A stretch of 64,000 bases of DNA from Squalus acanthias (taxonomy: Eukaryota), in the NCBI GenBank assembly GCA_030390025.1, contig CM059432.1, positions 5,022,001-5,086,000 of the forward strand. The letters run 5' to 3'. The notes below the pieces were generated by a model. It ran no database searches and was not told the origin of the DNA. It saw only the letters and a list, made by a program, of their open reading frames with translations. How positions within the stretch are numbered: the stretch's first letter is position 1; every line of letters begins with the position of its first letter. The translations under genes were made by a program, and so were the position numbers. Positions 25,490 to 38,514 of this stretch are shown here, piece after piece.

Positions 25490-26150
25490 CAAAATTAGAA
25501 GCAGAATGGTTACAGCACAGAAGGAGGCCATTCGGTCCGTCAAACCCGTTCCGGCTCTCTGCAAGAGCACTTCAGCTAGTCCCACTCCCCCGCCCTTTCT
25601 CCGTAGCCCTGCAAGTTTGTTTTGCTTCAGATACTTATCCAATTCCCTTTTGAAAGCCACGATCGAGTCTGCCTCCACCACCCTCAGGCAGTGCATTCCA
25701 GATCCTAACCACTCGCTGCGTAAAAAAGTTTCTCATGTCGCCTTTGGTTCTTTTGCCAATCACTTTAAATCTGTGTCCTCTGGTTCTCGACCCTTCAGCC
25801 AATGGGAACAGTTTCTCTATCTACTGTCTGGACCCCTCATGATTTTGAAGACCTATCAAATCTCCTCTCAACCTTCTCTGCTCTAAGGAAAACTACCCCA
25901 CAGCTTCTCCAGTCTATCCACATAACTGAAGTCCCTCATCCCTGGAATTCTCATAAATCTTTTCTGCACCCTCTCTAAGGCCCTCACATCCTTCCTAAAG
26001 TGCAGCACCCAGAATTGGACAGAGTACTCCAGTTGAGGCCCAACCAGTGTTTTATAAAGGTTCATCATAACTTCCTTGCTTTTGTACACTATGCCTCTAT
26101 TAATAATGCCCAGTATCCCATATGCTTTTTTAACTGCTTTCTCAACCTGG
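25490..26150 (-). mobile_element. CR1 3' end
   Basis: LYKTLVGPQLEYSVQFW. Confidence 0.85.
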
Positions 26151-26371
26151 CCTTATAAGTAGCTAGAAAATTTGGACACTAGTGGATCTCTCATGGTGTT
26201 GCTCACAGACGTAATAAAATACACGAGGGCCACTTATGGTGATTAAAGTCAAAGTGTATTATTACACAGTATTGTGGGACTTGTAGCAGTATTTATGGGT
26301 TCAAATTACATGACGATATTTGTACTTTTACGAGATCAGTAGCCATGACTGTTAATATTATCCATGCCGCA

Positions 26372-26925
26372 GTTAACTCCAGACTCGACTATTCCAATGT
26401 TCTCCTGGCCGGCCTCGCACCCTCTGTAAACTGGAGCCCATCCAAAACTCTGCTGCCCATGTCCTAACTCGCACCAAGTCCCGTTCACCCATCACCCCTG
26501 TGCTCGCTGATCTACATTGGCTCCCCGTCCAGCAACGCCTCAATTTAAAAATTCTCATCCTTGTTTTCAAATCCCTCCATGGTCTCGCTCTTCCCTATCT
26601 CTGTAATCTCTTCCAGCCCCACAACCCTGAGATATCTGCGCTCCTCTAATTCTGGCCTCTTGAGCAACCCTGATTATAAACACTCACCTATTGGTGGCCG
26701 TGCCTTCAGCTGCCTGGGCCCTAATCTCTAGAATTCCCTCCCTAAACCTCTCCGCCTCTCTCTCCTCCTTTAAGACACGCCTTAAAACCTACCTCTAACG
26801 AAGCTTTTGACCACCTATCCTGATATCTCATGCGGCTTGGTGTCAAATTTTGTCTGATAACGCTCCGGTGAAGCTCCTCGAGACATTGTACTATGTTAAA
26901 GGTGCTATAATGCAAGCTGCTGCTG
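26372..26925 (+). mobile_element. L2 3' end
   Basis: Similar to 3014..3570. Confidence 0.85.
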
Positions 26926-27063
26926 CGCAGCTTTGGACTCAATTTTATCACTTACTATTTTTATATGCACAAAAAAATGCCAGGCGATAACACGCTCAAG
27001 GACTCGAGAGGAATGAGAGGATGGAGTTGGGGGCGGTAGTTTGCAAGACAGAGGGGTGGACAT

Positions 27064-27190
27064 CAATGTTCCTCCTAAGGTGCGCGGCTGATGGCGAGGT
27101 ACGGCACAGGCCGCTCACCGGTGCTGCGCATGGGCAGCCGCCAATTTAAAGGACCCGCGCAGGGGGAAAAAAAAATTAGAGGGAACATTG
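27064..27190. mobile_element. hAT-like MITE
   Basis: CAATGTTCC...GGGAACATTG; flanks gtggacat/gttgacag. Confidence 0.7.
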
Positions 27191-27887
27191 GTTGACAGTG
27201 GGGTTTTTTTTTTTGATGACAGCACCCGAGAAGAGAGAACCATTAATATCAGCTAGCAAGGTGGGGTGGCCAGGCAGGAAAGTTGGGTAGTCAGTTTAGT
27301 GCGAATGGGATGAGGGAGCAGTTGGTGGAGAGATGAGAGATGAAGTAGAGAAAGATGTGGGATCAAGGCTAGGGGTGATAGGGACCCCGGGAGGAGGTTT
27401 TGCTTGATGGGAAAGGGGAGATGGTGGAAGCAAAAGAAGTGTGTCCATTAGGTGAAAGTTTTCTATAAAAATATACTTGGTGGTGGTGGTGGTGAGGATT
27501 AAATTCCGTGGAATGTTGTAAATAACCAAACTACTCTACTGGATCGAGAAAAAGCAGCCCATGGTGCAATGCTGCAGGCTGAGCTTCTCCACAATGGTAA
27601 AGAAGCAAGGAACAGGAGTTAAACATGAGCAAGTTAAGTGTGGCACCTATTGTTGCCTCGGTCACTCGAGTGTGCAAAACATGTTCACAATCACTTGCCA
27701 GTAAAGGACTAAATACCACTTTAAAAATTTTTTTAAAACCATGATTAGTTGCTGGATGACAATCAGGAGCAAGAACTTCAGCAGATGTCCTCTCTCTCGC
27801 CACTCTTTGTCCCTATTATGGGACACTGACATTGTAGACTTCTGTTGGTAAACAGAAGAATCGCTTCAAGACATTACCTTAAAAACG

Positions 27888-30053
27888 AATACAAAAGCAA
27901 AATTCTGCAGATGCTGGAAATCTCCTACGCTTGCACGGAAAGGCGAGGGGGTGATTGAAGAGTGGACCAGGGTGTCGCGGAGGGAGCGGTCCCTTCAAAA
28001 TGCTGAAAGGGGAGGGGAAGGGGAAAGAGGTGTCTGGTGGTGGTATCTCGAGCAGGAGATGCAACACCTGCCCTTTTACCTCCTCCCTTCCAACTGTCCA
28101 GAGCCGCAAACACTTCTTCCAGGTGAAACAGCGATTTACTTATACTTCTTGCAATTTAGTATACTGTATTCGCTGCTCATGATGCGGTTTCCTCTACATT
28201 GGGGAGACATAAGAACATAATAGGAGTAGGAGTTGGCTATTTGGCCCTTCGAGCCTACTCCGCCATTCAATAAGATCATGGCTGATCATCTACCTCAACT
28301 CTACTTTCCTGCACTATCCCCATATCCCTTGATTCCCTTAATATCCAAAAATCTATCGACCTCTCTTGAATATACTCAACGACTGAGCCTCCACAGCCCT
28401 CTGGGGTAGAGAAGTCCAAAGATTCACCACCCTCTGAGTGAAGAAATTTCTCCTCATCTCAGTCCTAAATGGCCGACCCCTTATTCTGAGACTGTGACCC
28501 CTAGTTCTAGACTCCCCAGCCAGGGGAAACATCCTCCCTACATCTACCCCGTCAAGCCCTGTAAGGATTTTGTATGTTTCAATGAGATCACCTCTCATTC
28601 TTCTAAACTCTACAGAATATAGGCAGAGCCTACTCAATCTCTCCTCAGGACAATCCCCCCCATCCCAGGAATCAGTCTGGTGAATCTTCGTTGCACTCCC
28701 TCTATGGCAAGTATATCTTTCCTTAGGTAAGGAAATCAAAACTGTACACAATACACCAGGTGTGGTCTCACCAGGGCCCTATATAAGTGCAGTAAGACGT
28801 CTTTACTCTTATACTCAAATCCTCTTGTAATAAAGTCCAACATACCATTTGGCCAACATACCATTTGCTTTCCTAATTGCTTGCTGTACCCTGTATGTTA
28901 ACTTTATGATTTGTGTACAAGGACACCCAGGTCCCTCTGAACACCAACATTTCCAAATCTCTCTCCAATTAAAAAATACTCTGCTTTTCTATTTTTCCTA
29001 CCAAAGTGGATAACTTCACATTTCTCCACATTATATTCCATTTGCCATGTTCTTGCCCACTCACTTAGCTTGTCTATATCCCCTTGAAGCCTCTTTGCAT
29101 CCTCCTCACAACTTACAACGTATCATCAGCAAACTTGGATATCACACATTTGGTCCCCTCATCCAAATCATGGATATCGATTGTGAGTAGCTGAGGCCCA
29201 AGCACTGATACCCCACTAGTTACAGCCTGCCAAACTGAAAATGACCCGTTTATTCCTACTCTCTGTTTTCTGTCCGTAACCAATCCTCAATCCATGCTAG
29301 TATATTACCCCCAATCCCATGAGCGCTAATTTGGTTTAACAACCTTGTGTGGCATCTTATCGAATGCCTTCTGAAAATCCAAATACACCACATCCACTTG
29401 TTCCCCCTTATCTATTCTGCTAGTTACGACCTCAAAAAACGAACAGATTCAGACCAAACGCAGATTGGGTGATCGCTTTGCGGAACACCTCCGTTCAGTC
29501 TGTAAGCGTGACCCTGAGCTTCCGGTCGCCTGTCACTTTAATTCTCTGCTCCACTCCCACTCTGATCTCTCCGTCCTCGGCCTCTTACACTGTTCCAATA
29601 AAGCTCAACGTAAGCTCGAGGAACAGCACCTCATCTTTCGATTAGGCACTTTACAGCCTTCTGGAGTCAACATTGAGTTCAACAATTTCAGATCATAACC
29701 TCTGCCCCTATTTTTTTCCCCACATGGCAGCTGTTGATTCTGCCATTCCCATTTACACCTCTTCTAGACTTATCTTTTGTTTCTTTACTTGTCCCATTAC
29801 CATCTCCTTTTGCTTTGTACAATCATACCTTTTGTCATTTAATCTCTCCTGCCTTCCATCCTATCACAGACCTTCCCCTTTTGTTCTTTCCTCCCCTCCC
29901 CCCTTCCCCTGCCCCTAACACTTGCTTAAAATCTGTTACATCTCCAACTTTTTCCAGTTCTGACGAAAGGTCATCGACCTGAAGCGTTAACTGTTTCTCT
30001 CTCTCCACAGATGCTGCCTGACCTGCTAAGTATTACCAGCATTTTCTGTTTTT
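27888..30053 (+). mobile_element. Penelope-like element, 3' part with GIY-YIG endonuclease, split by CR1
   Basis: NLVYCIRCS..GFLYIGET | KRRLGDRFAEH...HFN...LEEQHLIFRLGTLQPSGVN; inverted 5' segment 27888..28050. Confidence 0.88.
28209..29450 (-). mobile_element. CR1 nested in the Penelope GIY-YIG coding region
   Basis: RRMRGDLIETYKIL; AGAC at 28205..28208 and 29451..29454. Confidence 0.88.
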
Positions 30054-30219
30054 ATCATCTTTAAAACGAAATTCATCAGCAAATTAGTTTCAGCAATAAA
30101 ATAATGCACATGTCTACTGGGAAATCAGTAAAAGAGTTGGCATTATCTCAACTCAATTACACAAGAGTTCTGAATTTTTCTAATTTCATCCACTTATCTG
30201 ACCACAATCTTGAAAGAAA

Positions 30220-30666
30220 CTCTTGCATTTCTATAGCGCCTTTCACGACCACCGGACGTCCCAAAGCGCTTTACAGTCAATGAAGTACTTTTTTGAAGTG
30301 CAGTCACTGTTGTAATGTAGGAAACACGGCAGCCAATTTGCACACAGCAAGCTCCCACAAAATAGCAATGTGATAATGACCAGATAATCTGTTTTAATGA
30401 TGTGGATATAGAGGGATAAATATTGGCCAGGACACCAGGAATAACTCCCCTTCTCTTCGAAATAGTGCCATGGGATCTTTTACATCCACCTGAGAGTAGA
30501 CAGAGTCTTGGTTTAACGTCTCATTCTAAAGGCAGCACCTCCGACAGTGCAGCACTGTACTGGAGTGTCAGCCTAGATTTTTGTGCTCAAGTCTCTGGAG
30601 TGCAACTTGAACTCTCAACCTTCTGACTCACGAGGCGAGAGTGCTGCCCACTGAGCCACGGCCGAC
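30220..30666 (-). mobile_element. Deu-domain SINE, full length
   Basis: Head, central domain and tail as in the other copies. Confidence 0.85.
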
Positions 30667-30949
30667 ACATCTTGCAAACATTGTTGGGTTTGGAAGCTAT
30701 GACAGAAGACTGCAAGGCTGCTAATGTAATATCTGTGTTCAGGAAGAGAGAGACATACAAAAATCGCATAATGATAGACCAGTCACTCCAACATCAATAG
30801 TGGGTGAGCTTCCATAACAAAGGATAAGATTAACAGTCACTTGAAAAGGCGTGCGTGCATCAATGACAGCCAACGCAGATCTGTAAAAGGCAAGCCGCGT
30901 CCGACAAATAAAGTCTTTGAGGAAATAAGTACATTAACAAAGGGCAAAG

Positions 30950-31162
30950 AAAAAACAAATACTGTGGATGCTGGAAATCTGAAATAAAAACAGAAAATGC
31001 TGGAAATACTCGGCAGGTCAGGCAGCATCTGTGGAGAGAGAAACAGAGTAAACGTTTCAGTTCAATGACCTTTCATCAGAATCAGCGACCTGAAATGTTA
31101 ACTCGGTTTCTCTCTCAACATATGCTGCCTGACCTGCCGAGTGTTTCCAGTATTTTCTGTTA
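30950..31162. mobile_element. Penelope terminal-repeat fold-back
   Basis: Inverted copies of cagaaaatgctggaaatactc...gagagagaaac. Confidence 0.78.
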
Positions 31163-31187
31163 ATAATAAAGGAAATGCATTGGACGT

Positions 31188-31958
31188 TAAGAACATAAGA
31201 ATTAGGAGCAGGAGTAGGCCATACGGCCCCTCGAGCCTGCTCTGCCATTCAATAAGATCATGGCTGATCTTCGACCTCAACTCCACTTTCCCACCCAATC
31301 TCCATATCCCTTGATTCCCAAAGTCCAAAAATCTATCGATCTCAGCCTTGAATATACTCCATGACTGAGCATCCACAGCCCACTGGGGAAGAGAATTCCA
31401 AAGATTCACCACCCTCTGAGTGAAGAAATTCCTCATCCAAAACCCCTTATCCCGAGACTATGCCCCCCAGTTCTAGACTCTCCAGCTGGGGGAACAGCCT
31501 CTCAGCATCTACCCTGTCAATCCCTGTAAGAATCAGATATGTTTCAATGAGATCACCTCTCATGCATCTAAACTCCAGAGTATAAGCCCAATCTACTCAT
31601 TCTCTCATAGGACAACCCTCTCATCCCAGGGATCAATCTAGTGAACCTTCATTGCACCGCCTCTAAGGCAAGTATATCCTTCCTTACATAAGGAGAACAA
31701 AACTGTGCACAGTACTCCAGGTGTGGTCTCACCAAAGCCCTGTACAATTGTAGCAAGACTTCCTTACTCTTGTACTCCAACCCCCTTTGCAATAAAGGCC
31801 AACATGCCATTTGCCTTCCTAATTGCTTGCTGTACCTACATGCTAACTATGTTTCCTGTACAAGGACACCCAAATCTCTGAACACCAACATTTAACAGTT
31901 TACCATTTAAAAAATATTCTGTTTTTCTATTCTTCCTACCAAAGTGAATAACCTCACG
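31188..31958 (-). mobile_element. CR1 3' end
   Basis: RNFFTQRVVNLWNSLP. Confidence 0.86.
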
Positions 31959-32068
31959 TTTTCAGTATTGTGCATATGGATTTCCATTTAGTAAGGTGCT
32001 ACTTTAAAGACTTGATAAAATTAACTCGCATGGTATTAAATAGAGAGTATTAAAATACAAAAAAAAAA

Positions 32069-33385
32069 TGACAGCCACATAAGGAGAAATTAGGGCAGGT
32101 AACCAAAAGCTTGGTCAAAGGGGCAGGTTTTAAGGGGCGTCTTATAGGAGGAAAGAGGGGTAGCGAGGCAGAGGTTCAGGGAGGGAATTCCAGAGCTTAG
32201 GGCCTAGGCAACAGAAGGCACAGCCACCAATGGTTGCGCGATTATAATCAGGGATCCTCAAGAGGGCAGAATTAGAGGAGCGCAGATATCTGAGGGGGGG
32301 GGGGGGGGGTTCTGGGGCTGAAGGAGATTACAGAGATAGGAGGGGCGAGGCCATGGAGGGATTTGAAAACAAGGATGAGAATTTTGAAATCGAGGCGTTG
32401 CTTAACCGGGAGCCAACAAGCTTCTTCTTCTTCTTCGGCAGTCCCTCGGAACCGAGATGACTTGCTTCCACATTAAAAATGAGTTCTCAGGTGGCTGATG
32501 AGTCCAATGCGGGACCTACAGTCTCTGTCACAGGTGGGGCAGACGGTGGTTGAAGGGGCGGGTGGGTGGGGTGCTTGAGTTGACGTGCGCTTCTTCCGCT
32601 GTTTACGCTTGGCTTCCGCTTGCTCCCAGCGAAGAGACGATAAGTATTCGGCGCCTTCCCGGATGCTTCTCCTCCACTTTGTACAGTCTTGGGCCAGGGA
32701 TTCCCAGGTGTTGGTGGGGATGTTCCACTTTTTCCAAGGCGGCTTTGAGGGTGTCCTTGAAGCGTTTCCTCTGCCCACCTGGGGCTCTCTTGCCATGTCG
32801 GAGCTCCGAGAAGAGCACTTGTTTTGGGAGTCTCGTATTGGGCATGCGGACGATGTGACCCGTCCATCGGAACTGATCGAGCGTGGTGAAAGCGTCGATG
32901 CTGGCCTGAGCAAGAACACGGACGTTGGTGCGCCTATCCTGCCAATGGATTTGCAGGATCTTGCAGAGGCAGCATTGGTGGTACCTCTCCAGTACTTTGA
33001 GGTGCCTGCTGGACATGGTCCATGTCTCTGAGGCATACAGGAGCCAATGTAGGTCAGCAAGCACAGGGGTGATGGGCGAACGGGACTTGGTGCGAGTTAG
33101 GACACGGGCAGCCAAGTTTTGGATCACCTCAAGTTTACGTAGGGTAGAATTTGGGAGGCAAGCCAGGTGTGTTGGAATAGTCAAGTCTAGAGGTAACAAA
33201 GGCATGGATGAGGGTTTCAGCAGCGGATGAGCTGAGGCAAGGGCGGAGACGGGCGATGATAGAGGTGGAAATAGGCGTTCTTAGTTATGCTGTGGATGTG
33301 TGGTCGGAAGCTCATTTCAGGGTCAAATATGACACCAAGGTTGCGAACAGTGTGGTTCAGCCTCACAGATGTTAGGGAGAGGGAT
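32069..33385 (-). mobile_element. L2 fragment interrupted by RTE
   Basis: KLEVIQNLAARVLTRTKSRSPITPVLADLHWL. Confidence 0.85.
32417..33039 (-). mobile_element. RTE-clade (BovB-like) LINE 3' end, 8-bp TSD GGAGCCAA
   Basis: YASETWT, RWTGHIVRM, GGQRKRFKDTLK, CPTC..SRIGLISHLRTH; (GAA)n tail; TSD 32409..32416 / 33040..33047. Confidence 0.88.
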
Positions 33386-34379
33386 TAGTAGTGGTTTAAT
33401 GGATGCTTTTCATATTAGAGGGATGTAAACAGTAGTGTCTCCAAGGAATCAGTGTTAGGACCATTTATTGCTTTATATCCATGTCTAAACTCGTGTATAT
33501 TATTTCTATCTGCATGTATGTGCAATATAAATGATCTGGACTCGAGTACAAGGGGCATAATAGCAATTTGCAGGGAACAAAAATAGGGGCTAAGGTTAAC
33601 TGTGAAGACTGTAAATGACTTCATAAAGACATGGGCAGTTTGTAGGTCAGGCAGATTGATGTCAATTAAAATTTGAACTTGAAGATTGAGACCATCCATT
33701 CAGCGGCCTCCCGCTTTCCGTTCCGCCCAAGCCAAGACCCCCCCCCCCCCGCCCTGATCACACATCCTTCTCTAGTTTCTCTATCTCCTCTCATGGCCTC
33801 TGAGGGCATCTTGCCCACAAGACCCACTTCCCGTCTTGATCCCATTCCCAATAAACCACTGACCACTCAACTTCCCTTCCTGGCCCTCATCCTTGCTGAC
33901 ACTACAAATGGTTCTCTCCCTTCAAGTACCATCACCCTCCCTTCCAAAAAAAATCCATCATTTTTCACCTACTCAAAAAGCCCATTGTTGACACCCGCCC
34001 CACCCCCCATGTCCTTGCAAACTACCACCCAACCTCCCAAAGCGTTGCATTTCATAACAGACAATCATCACCTTGTTCAACACAAAAATCAGAGTTAATT
34101 CTTTGCAAAGTATAAATTACTCTCAATTTAAATTGGTTTTCTTAAAACAAGGCTTTATGAAATAGGCGCAGAGATCTTTTAACAACTTGTATTTATACAG
34201 CGCCTTTAACGTAGTAAAACGTCACAAGGTGTTTCACAGGAGTGTTATCAAACAAAATTTGACAACGAGCCACATAGATATTAGGACAGATGAGGTAGGA
34301 TGGATTTAAGCATCATCTTAAAGGAGGAGAGCGAGGTAGAGCGGCGGAGAGGTTCAGGAAGGGAATTCCAGAGCTTCGG

Positions 34380-34795
34380 GATAGACTAACTGGGGTTGTT
34401 CTCCTTAGACTAGAAGGCTGAGAGGAGATCGGATACAGGTGTTCAAAATCATGAGGGGTCTGGACAGAGTAGAGAGAGAGAGAAACTGTTCCCATTGGCT
34501 GAAGGGTCGAGAACCAGAGGACACAGATTTAAGGTGATTAGCAGAAGGACCAAAGGCGACATGAGGAAAAACTTTTTTCCGCAGCGCGTGATTAGGATCT
34601 GGAATGCACTGCCTGCGAGGGTGGTGGAGGCAGACTCAATCGTGGCTTTAAAAAGGGCATTGTACAAGTACCTGAAGGAAAGAAATTTGCAGAGCTACGG
34701 GGAAGGGACTCGCTGAAGTGCTCTTGCAGAGAGCCGGCACAGGCTCGATAGGCTGAGTGGCCTCCTTCTGTGCTGTAACCATTCTATGATTCTAA
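34380..34795 (+). mobile_element. CR1 3' end
   Basis: RTRGHRFK...FFPQRVIRIWNALP. Confidence 0.82.
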
Positions 34796-35144
34796 TCTAT
34801 GCAGTTATTGCCCCGCGGCCCCAATTTTCCAATGCGCTTCTAGTTGACGTCCCCACTCCCACCTTTCCAGTCTGAAATACATTCATAATGCCATTACCCA
34901 TATTCTTAGCCACTGAACGCTGTGCACTTCCATTAACCAATCCTTACTAGGTTCTGTGCCCAAAATATTCCTTCCACAACCTCACCCCATTCGACCTCAG
35001 TGGCTTCCTCAGCCTTATATCCCTGATCACATCCTTCCTTCCCGACACTGGCCCTACTCCTACCTTCCCATCCTGTCTGCTCCATCAGCAGCAGCCGCTT
35101 TCAATCCTTCCAAATCCTTCTACCGTACGATCGCCCCACCTGCT

Positions 35145-35665
35145 TACCCAAGAAAGGATATACTTGCCATAGTGTGAGTGCAGCAAAGGTTCACCAGACT
35201 GATTCCTGGGATGGCAAGACTGTCGTATGAGGAGAGATTGGGTCGACTAGGCCTGTATTCACTAGAGTTCAGAAGAATGAGAGGGGATCTCATTGAAGTG
35301 TATAAAATTCTGACGGGGCTAGACAGACTGGATGCAGGGAGGATGTTTCCCCTGGCTGGGGGAGTCTAGAACGAGGGGTCAGTCTCAGGATACGGGGTAG
35401 GACATTTAGGACTGAGATGAGGAGAAATATCTTCACTCAGAGGGTGGTGAACCTGTGGAATTCTCTACCACAGAAGGCGGTGGAGGCCAAGTCACTGAAT
35501 ATATTTAAGAAGGAGAGATAGATAGATTTCTAGACACAAAAGGCATCAAGGGGTATGGGGAGAGAGCGGGAATATGGTACTGAGAGAGGATCAGCCATGA
35601 TCATATTGAATACGGAGCAGGCTCGAAGGGCCGATTAGCCTACTCATATTTTTCTATGTTTCTAT
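35145..35665 (+). mobile_element. CR1 3' end
   Basis: QRFTRLIPGM..LSYEERL. Confidence 0.86.
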
Positions 35666-36107
35666 GCTTACAAATACAAGAGTGTTCTCTTCAACTGTTC
35701 TTAACTCCATTTTACCTATGCTTTCCCCGAAACCCTTGGTACCCAATTGATTCTGCTCCCAGACTTCCTTCCAATGTGAGATGTGGGATAGATGTGCAAG
35801 TTGCTTTATTTCTGTTAGGTCTGGATAGGGATCCTTCAGTTTTTAATAAACTGATGAAAGCATCAGTTTGGCATCTGTTTCTATAGCCTCGGCACGAAAA
35901 TATTGATGTATTTCTCTGACTTTTAATGAAGCTCGACATGGGAAACTGCTAGATTAATTAAACCTGTACAGTATTTCACCTTAACGACTATTTGCACAAG
36001 TCACCGAATGGAAACACATTTGTGTCACAATGAAATTTGTATTAATGCTCAATACCAATATATTTTCCAGTTTCTTGGGCTGATCATGTTCATATTTGCA
36101 GTGTCTT

Positions 36108-36552
36108 AAAGTCCCGTTCACCCATCTCCCCTGTGCTCGCTAACGTACATTGGCTCCTGGTTAAGCAATGCCTCAATTTTAAAATCCCTCCATGGCCTCG
36201 CCCCTTCCCATCTCTGTAAGCTCCTCCAGCCCCACAACCCCCCCAGATATCTGCGCTCCTCGAATTCTGCCCTCTTGAGCATCCCTGATTATAATCGCTC
36301 AACCATTGGTGGCCGTGCCTTCTGTTGCCTAGGCCCCAAGCTCTGGAATTCCCTCCCGAAACCTCTCCGCCTCGCTACCTCTCCTCCTTTAAGACACTCC
36401 TTAAAACCTACCTCTTTGACCAAGCTTTTGGTCACCTGCCCTAATTTATCCTTATGTGGCTGTGTGTCAAATTTTGTGTCTTAAAATACTCCTGTGCAGC
36501 GCCTTGGGACGTTTTACGACGTTAAAGGCGCTATATAAATACAAGTTGTTGT
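36108..36552 (+). mobile_element. L2 3' end
   Basis: GGRAFCCLGPKLWNSLP plus L2 tail. Confidence 0.84.
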
Positions 36553-37359
36553 TGGCACTGTACAAGTAGTTGTTGAAAAATAATTGCCCCAGTATGTTGC
36601 TTTTAAAAATGACAAATCTAGGGACCGCTAGTACAGTGCTCATTCCAAGCAAGGATAGCGATTCGGCAAGTAACCCACAGTCACTACAGGTTAAACTTGA
36701 CCAGTTTTAAGCTCTTCCAACCCCACAGCAAGTTTATCCTACTCTTGTTTATGTTATTAGATTTTTGGACTCCAGGTGAATCAAGGGATATGGGGATCGT
36801 GCAGGAAGGGAGAGTTGAGGTCGAAGATCAGCCATGATCTTATTGAGGGGCCAAACGGCCGACTCCTGCTCCTAATTCTTATGTTCTCACCCAATGAGTA
36901 GCTAAGTGAACAACAGCCTGCATTTATATAGCGCCTTTAACGTCCCAAGGCACAGACAATGGTGACCACAGATTTGGTTCCCCCAGATTATCTGGTCATT
37001 ATCATATTGCTGTTTGTGGGAGCTTGCTGTGCGGAAATTGGCTGCCACGTTTCCCACATTACAACAGTGACGACACTCCAAAAAGTACTTCATTGGCTGT
37101 AAAGCACTTTGAGATGTCCGATGGTCATGAAAGGCGCTATAGAAATGCAAGTCTTTTTTTTTATAGCCTGCGTACACTTATCTAAGGCTCACAGATAAAG
37201 GGCATCAACTGGAGGGAAACCAGCATCTGTGGAATCATCCCCAAAAGTCTGGAGATAAAATTAGCGAGTTTGGTTAATCTCAAGAGAGTCCATTGGATGA
37301 AAAATGGAAGAAAAAAAGAAATTAATCTTGAGACAAGAGTTTAAAATAAAAAGGAAGAA

Positions 37360-37802
37360 AGACTTGCATTTAATATAGCGCCTTTCACAACCACCGGACG
37401 TCCCAAAGTGTTTTACAGCCAATTAAGTACTTTTGAAGTGTAGTCACTGTTGTAATATAGGAAACACTGCAGTCAATAAGCTCCCACAAACAGCAATGTG
37501 ATAATGACCAGATAATCTGTTTTTAGTGATGTTAGTTGAGGGATAAATATTGGCCCCAGGACACCGGGGGGATAACGCCCCTGCTCTTCTTCGAAATAGT
37601 GCCATGAGACCTTTAACGTCCACCTGAGAGCAGACAGGGCCTCGGTTTGAATGGCTCATCCGAAAGACGGCACCTCCGACAGTGCAGCACTCCCTCAGTA
37701 CTGCACTGGAGTGTCAGCCTAGATATTTGTGCTCAAGTCTCTAGGAGTGGGACTTCAACCCACAACCTCCTGACTCAGAGGCGAGGGCGCTACCCACTGA
37801 GA
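37360..37802 (-). mobile_element. Deu-domain SINE, full length
   Basis: As other copies. Confidence 0.85.
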
Positions 37803-37928
37803 TAGACTCATACAATTTTACACTCACTGCGCATATAAAAACATTAATTTTTAACTACCATTTCAAACTGATTCATAAACAAGTGACATTACAGGCCAAA
37901 TCAAACCAGATATAAAAACACCACCTAC

Positions 37929-38371
37929 CTCAATTTTGAATGTGGTTTTGTACTCTCATAATAAAATAAAAAGTTTATCTCATGAACTCCTTCTTCGTCT
38001 GGTCCACGCAGCCACATGGGTAGCTGCACCGAAGCCCCAGGTAATAATACAGAGTCAGGGAGCGGTACATCAATCACCCAAAGCGGGTTTCCAGAGCCCA
38101 TGCCAAAGTCTGCAGGGGAAACCGACGATGTCACAGCTGAAGACGCGCACATGCTGTCGTTCACAACAGTCTTGTAGGCGCTGCAGTTTTCAGAAGCCGT
38201 GGGACTCAACGGCGTCAACACCGCAGTTTTACTCCCAAAGGAAAAGAAGTCCGGATCTTTGCACACAACTCTCAATCCAGTAAGCGGGCACTGGCTCACG
38301 TTCACAAACTCCACATACGTCTTTCTAATTTCCCCACAAAGTAGTCCAGTGGGAAAGTTAATGAAAAATAC
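37929..38371 (-). CDS. TRAPPC8: TRAPPC8 exon (VFFINFPTGLLCGEIRK...LPMWLRGPDEEGVHEINFLFYYE...KL)
   Basis: tgtgcag| acceptor, AG|gtaggt donor, 443 nt, phase 0 to 2; ORF 37925..38377. Confidence 0.97.
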
Positions 38372-38514
38372 CTGCACAAAAAAAAAACACTATAAATATA
38401 TATTTACTCTCAAAATTGAATCCAATATGTGCATGTATCTGTTCTGCATTTATCTGTTCAAGTCTAGAAAATACAGAACAATCGATACCTATGAAAACTG
38501 CATGCTTTCATTTA

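Noticed and set aside
32603..33205. 200-aa ORF as a novel protein
   Set aside because: Chance in-frame L2/RTE junction.
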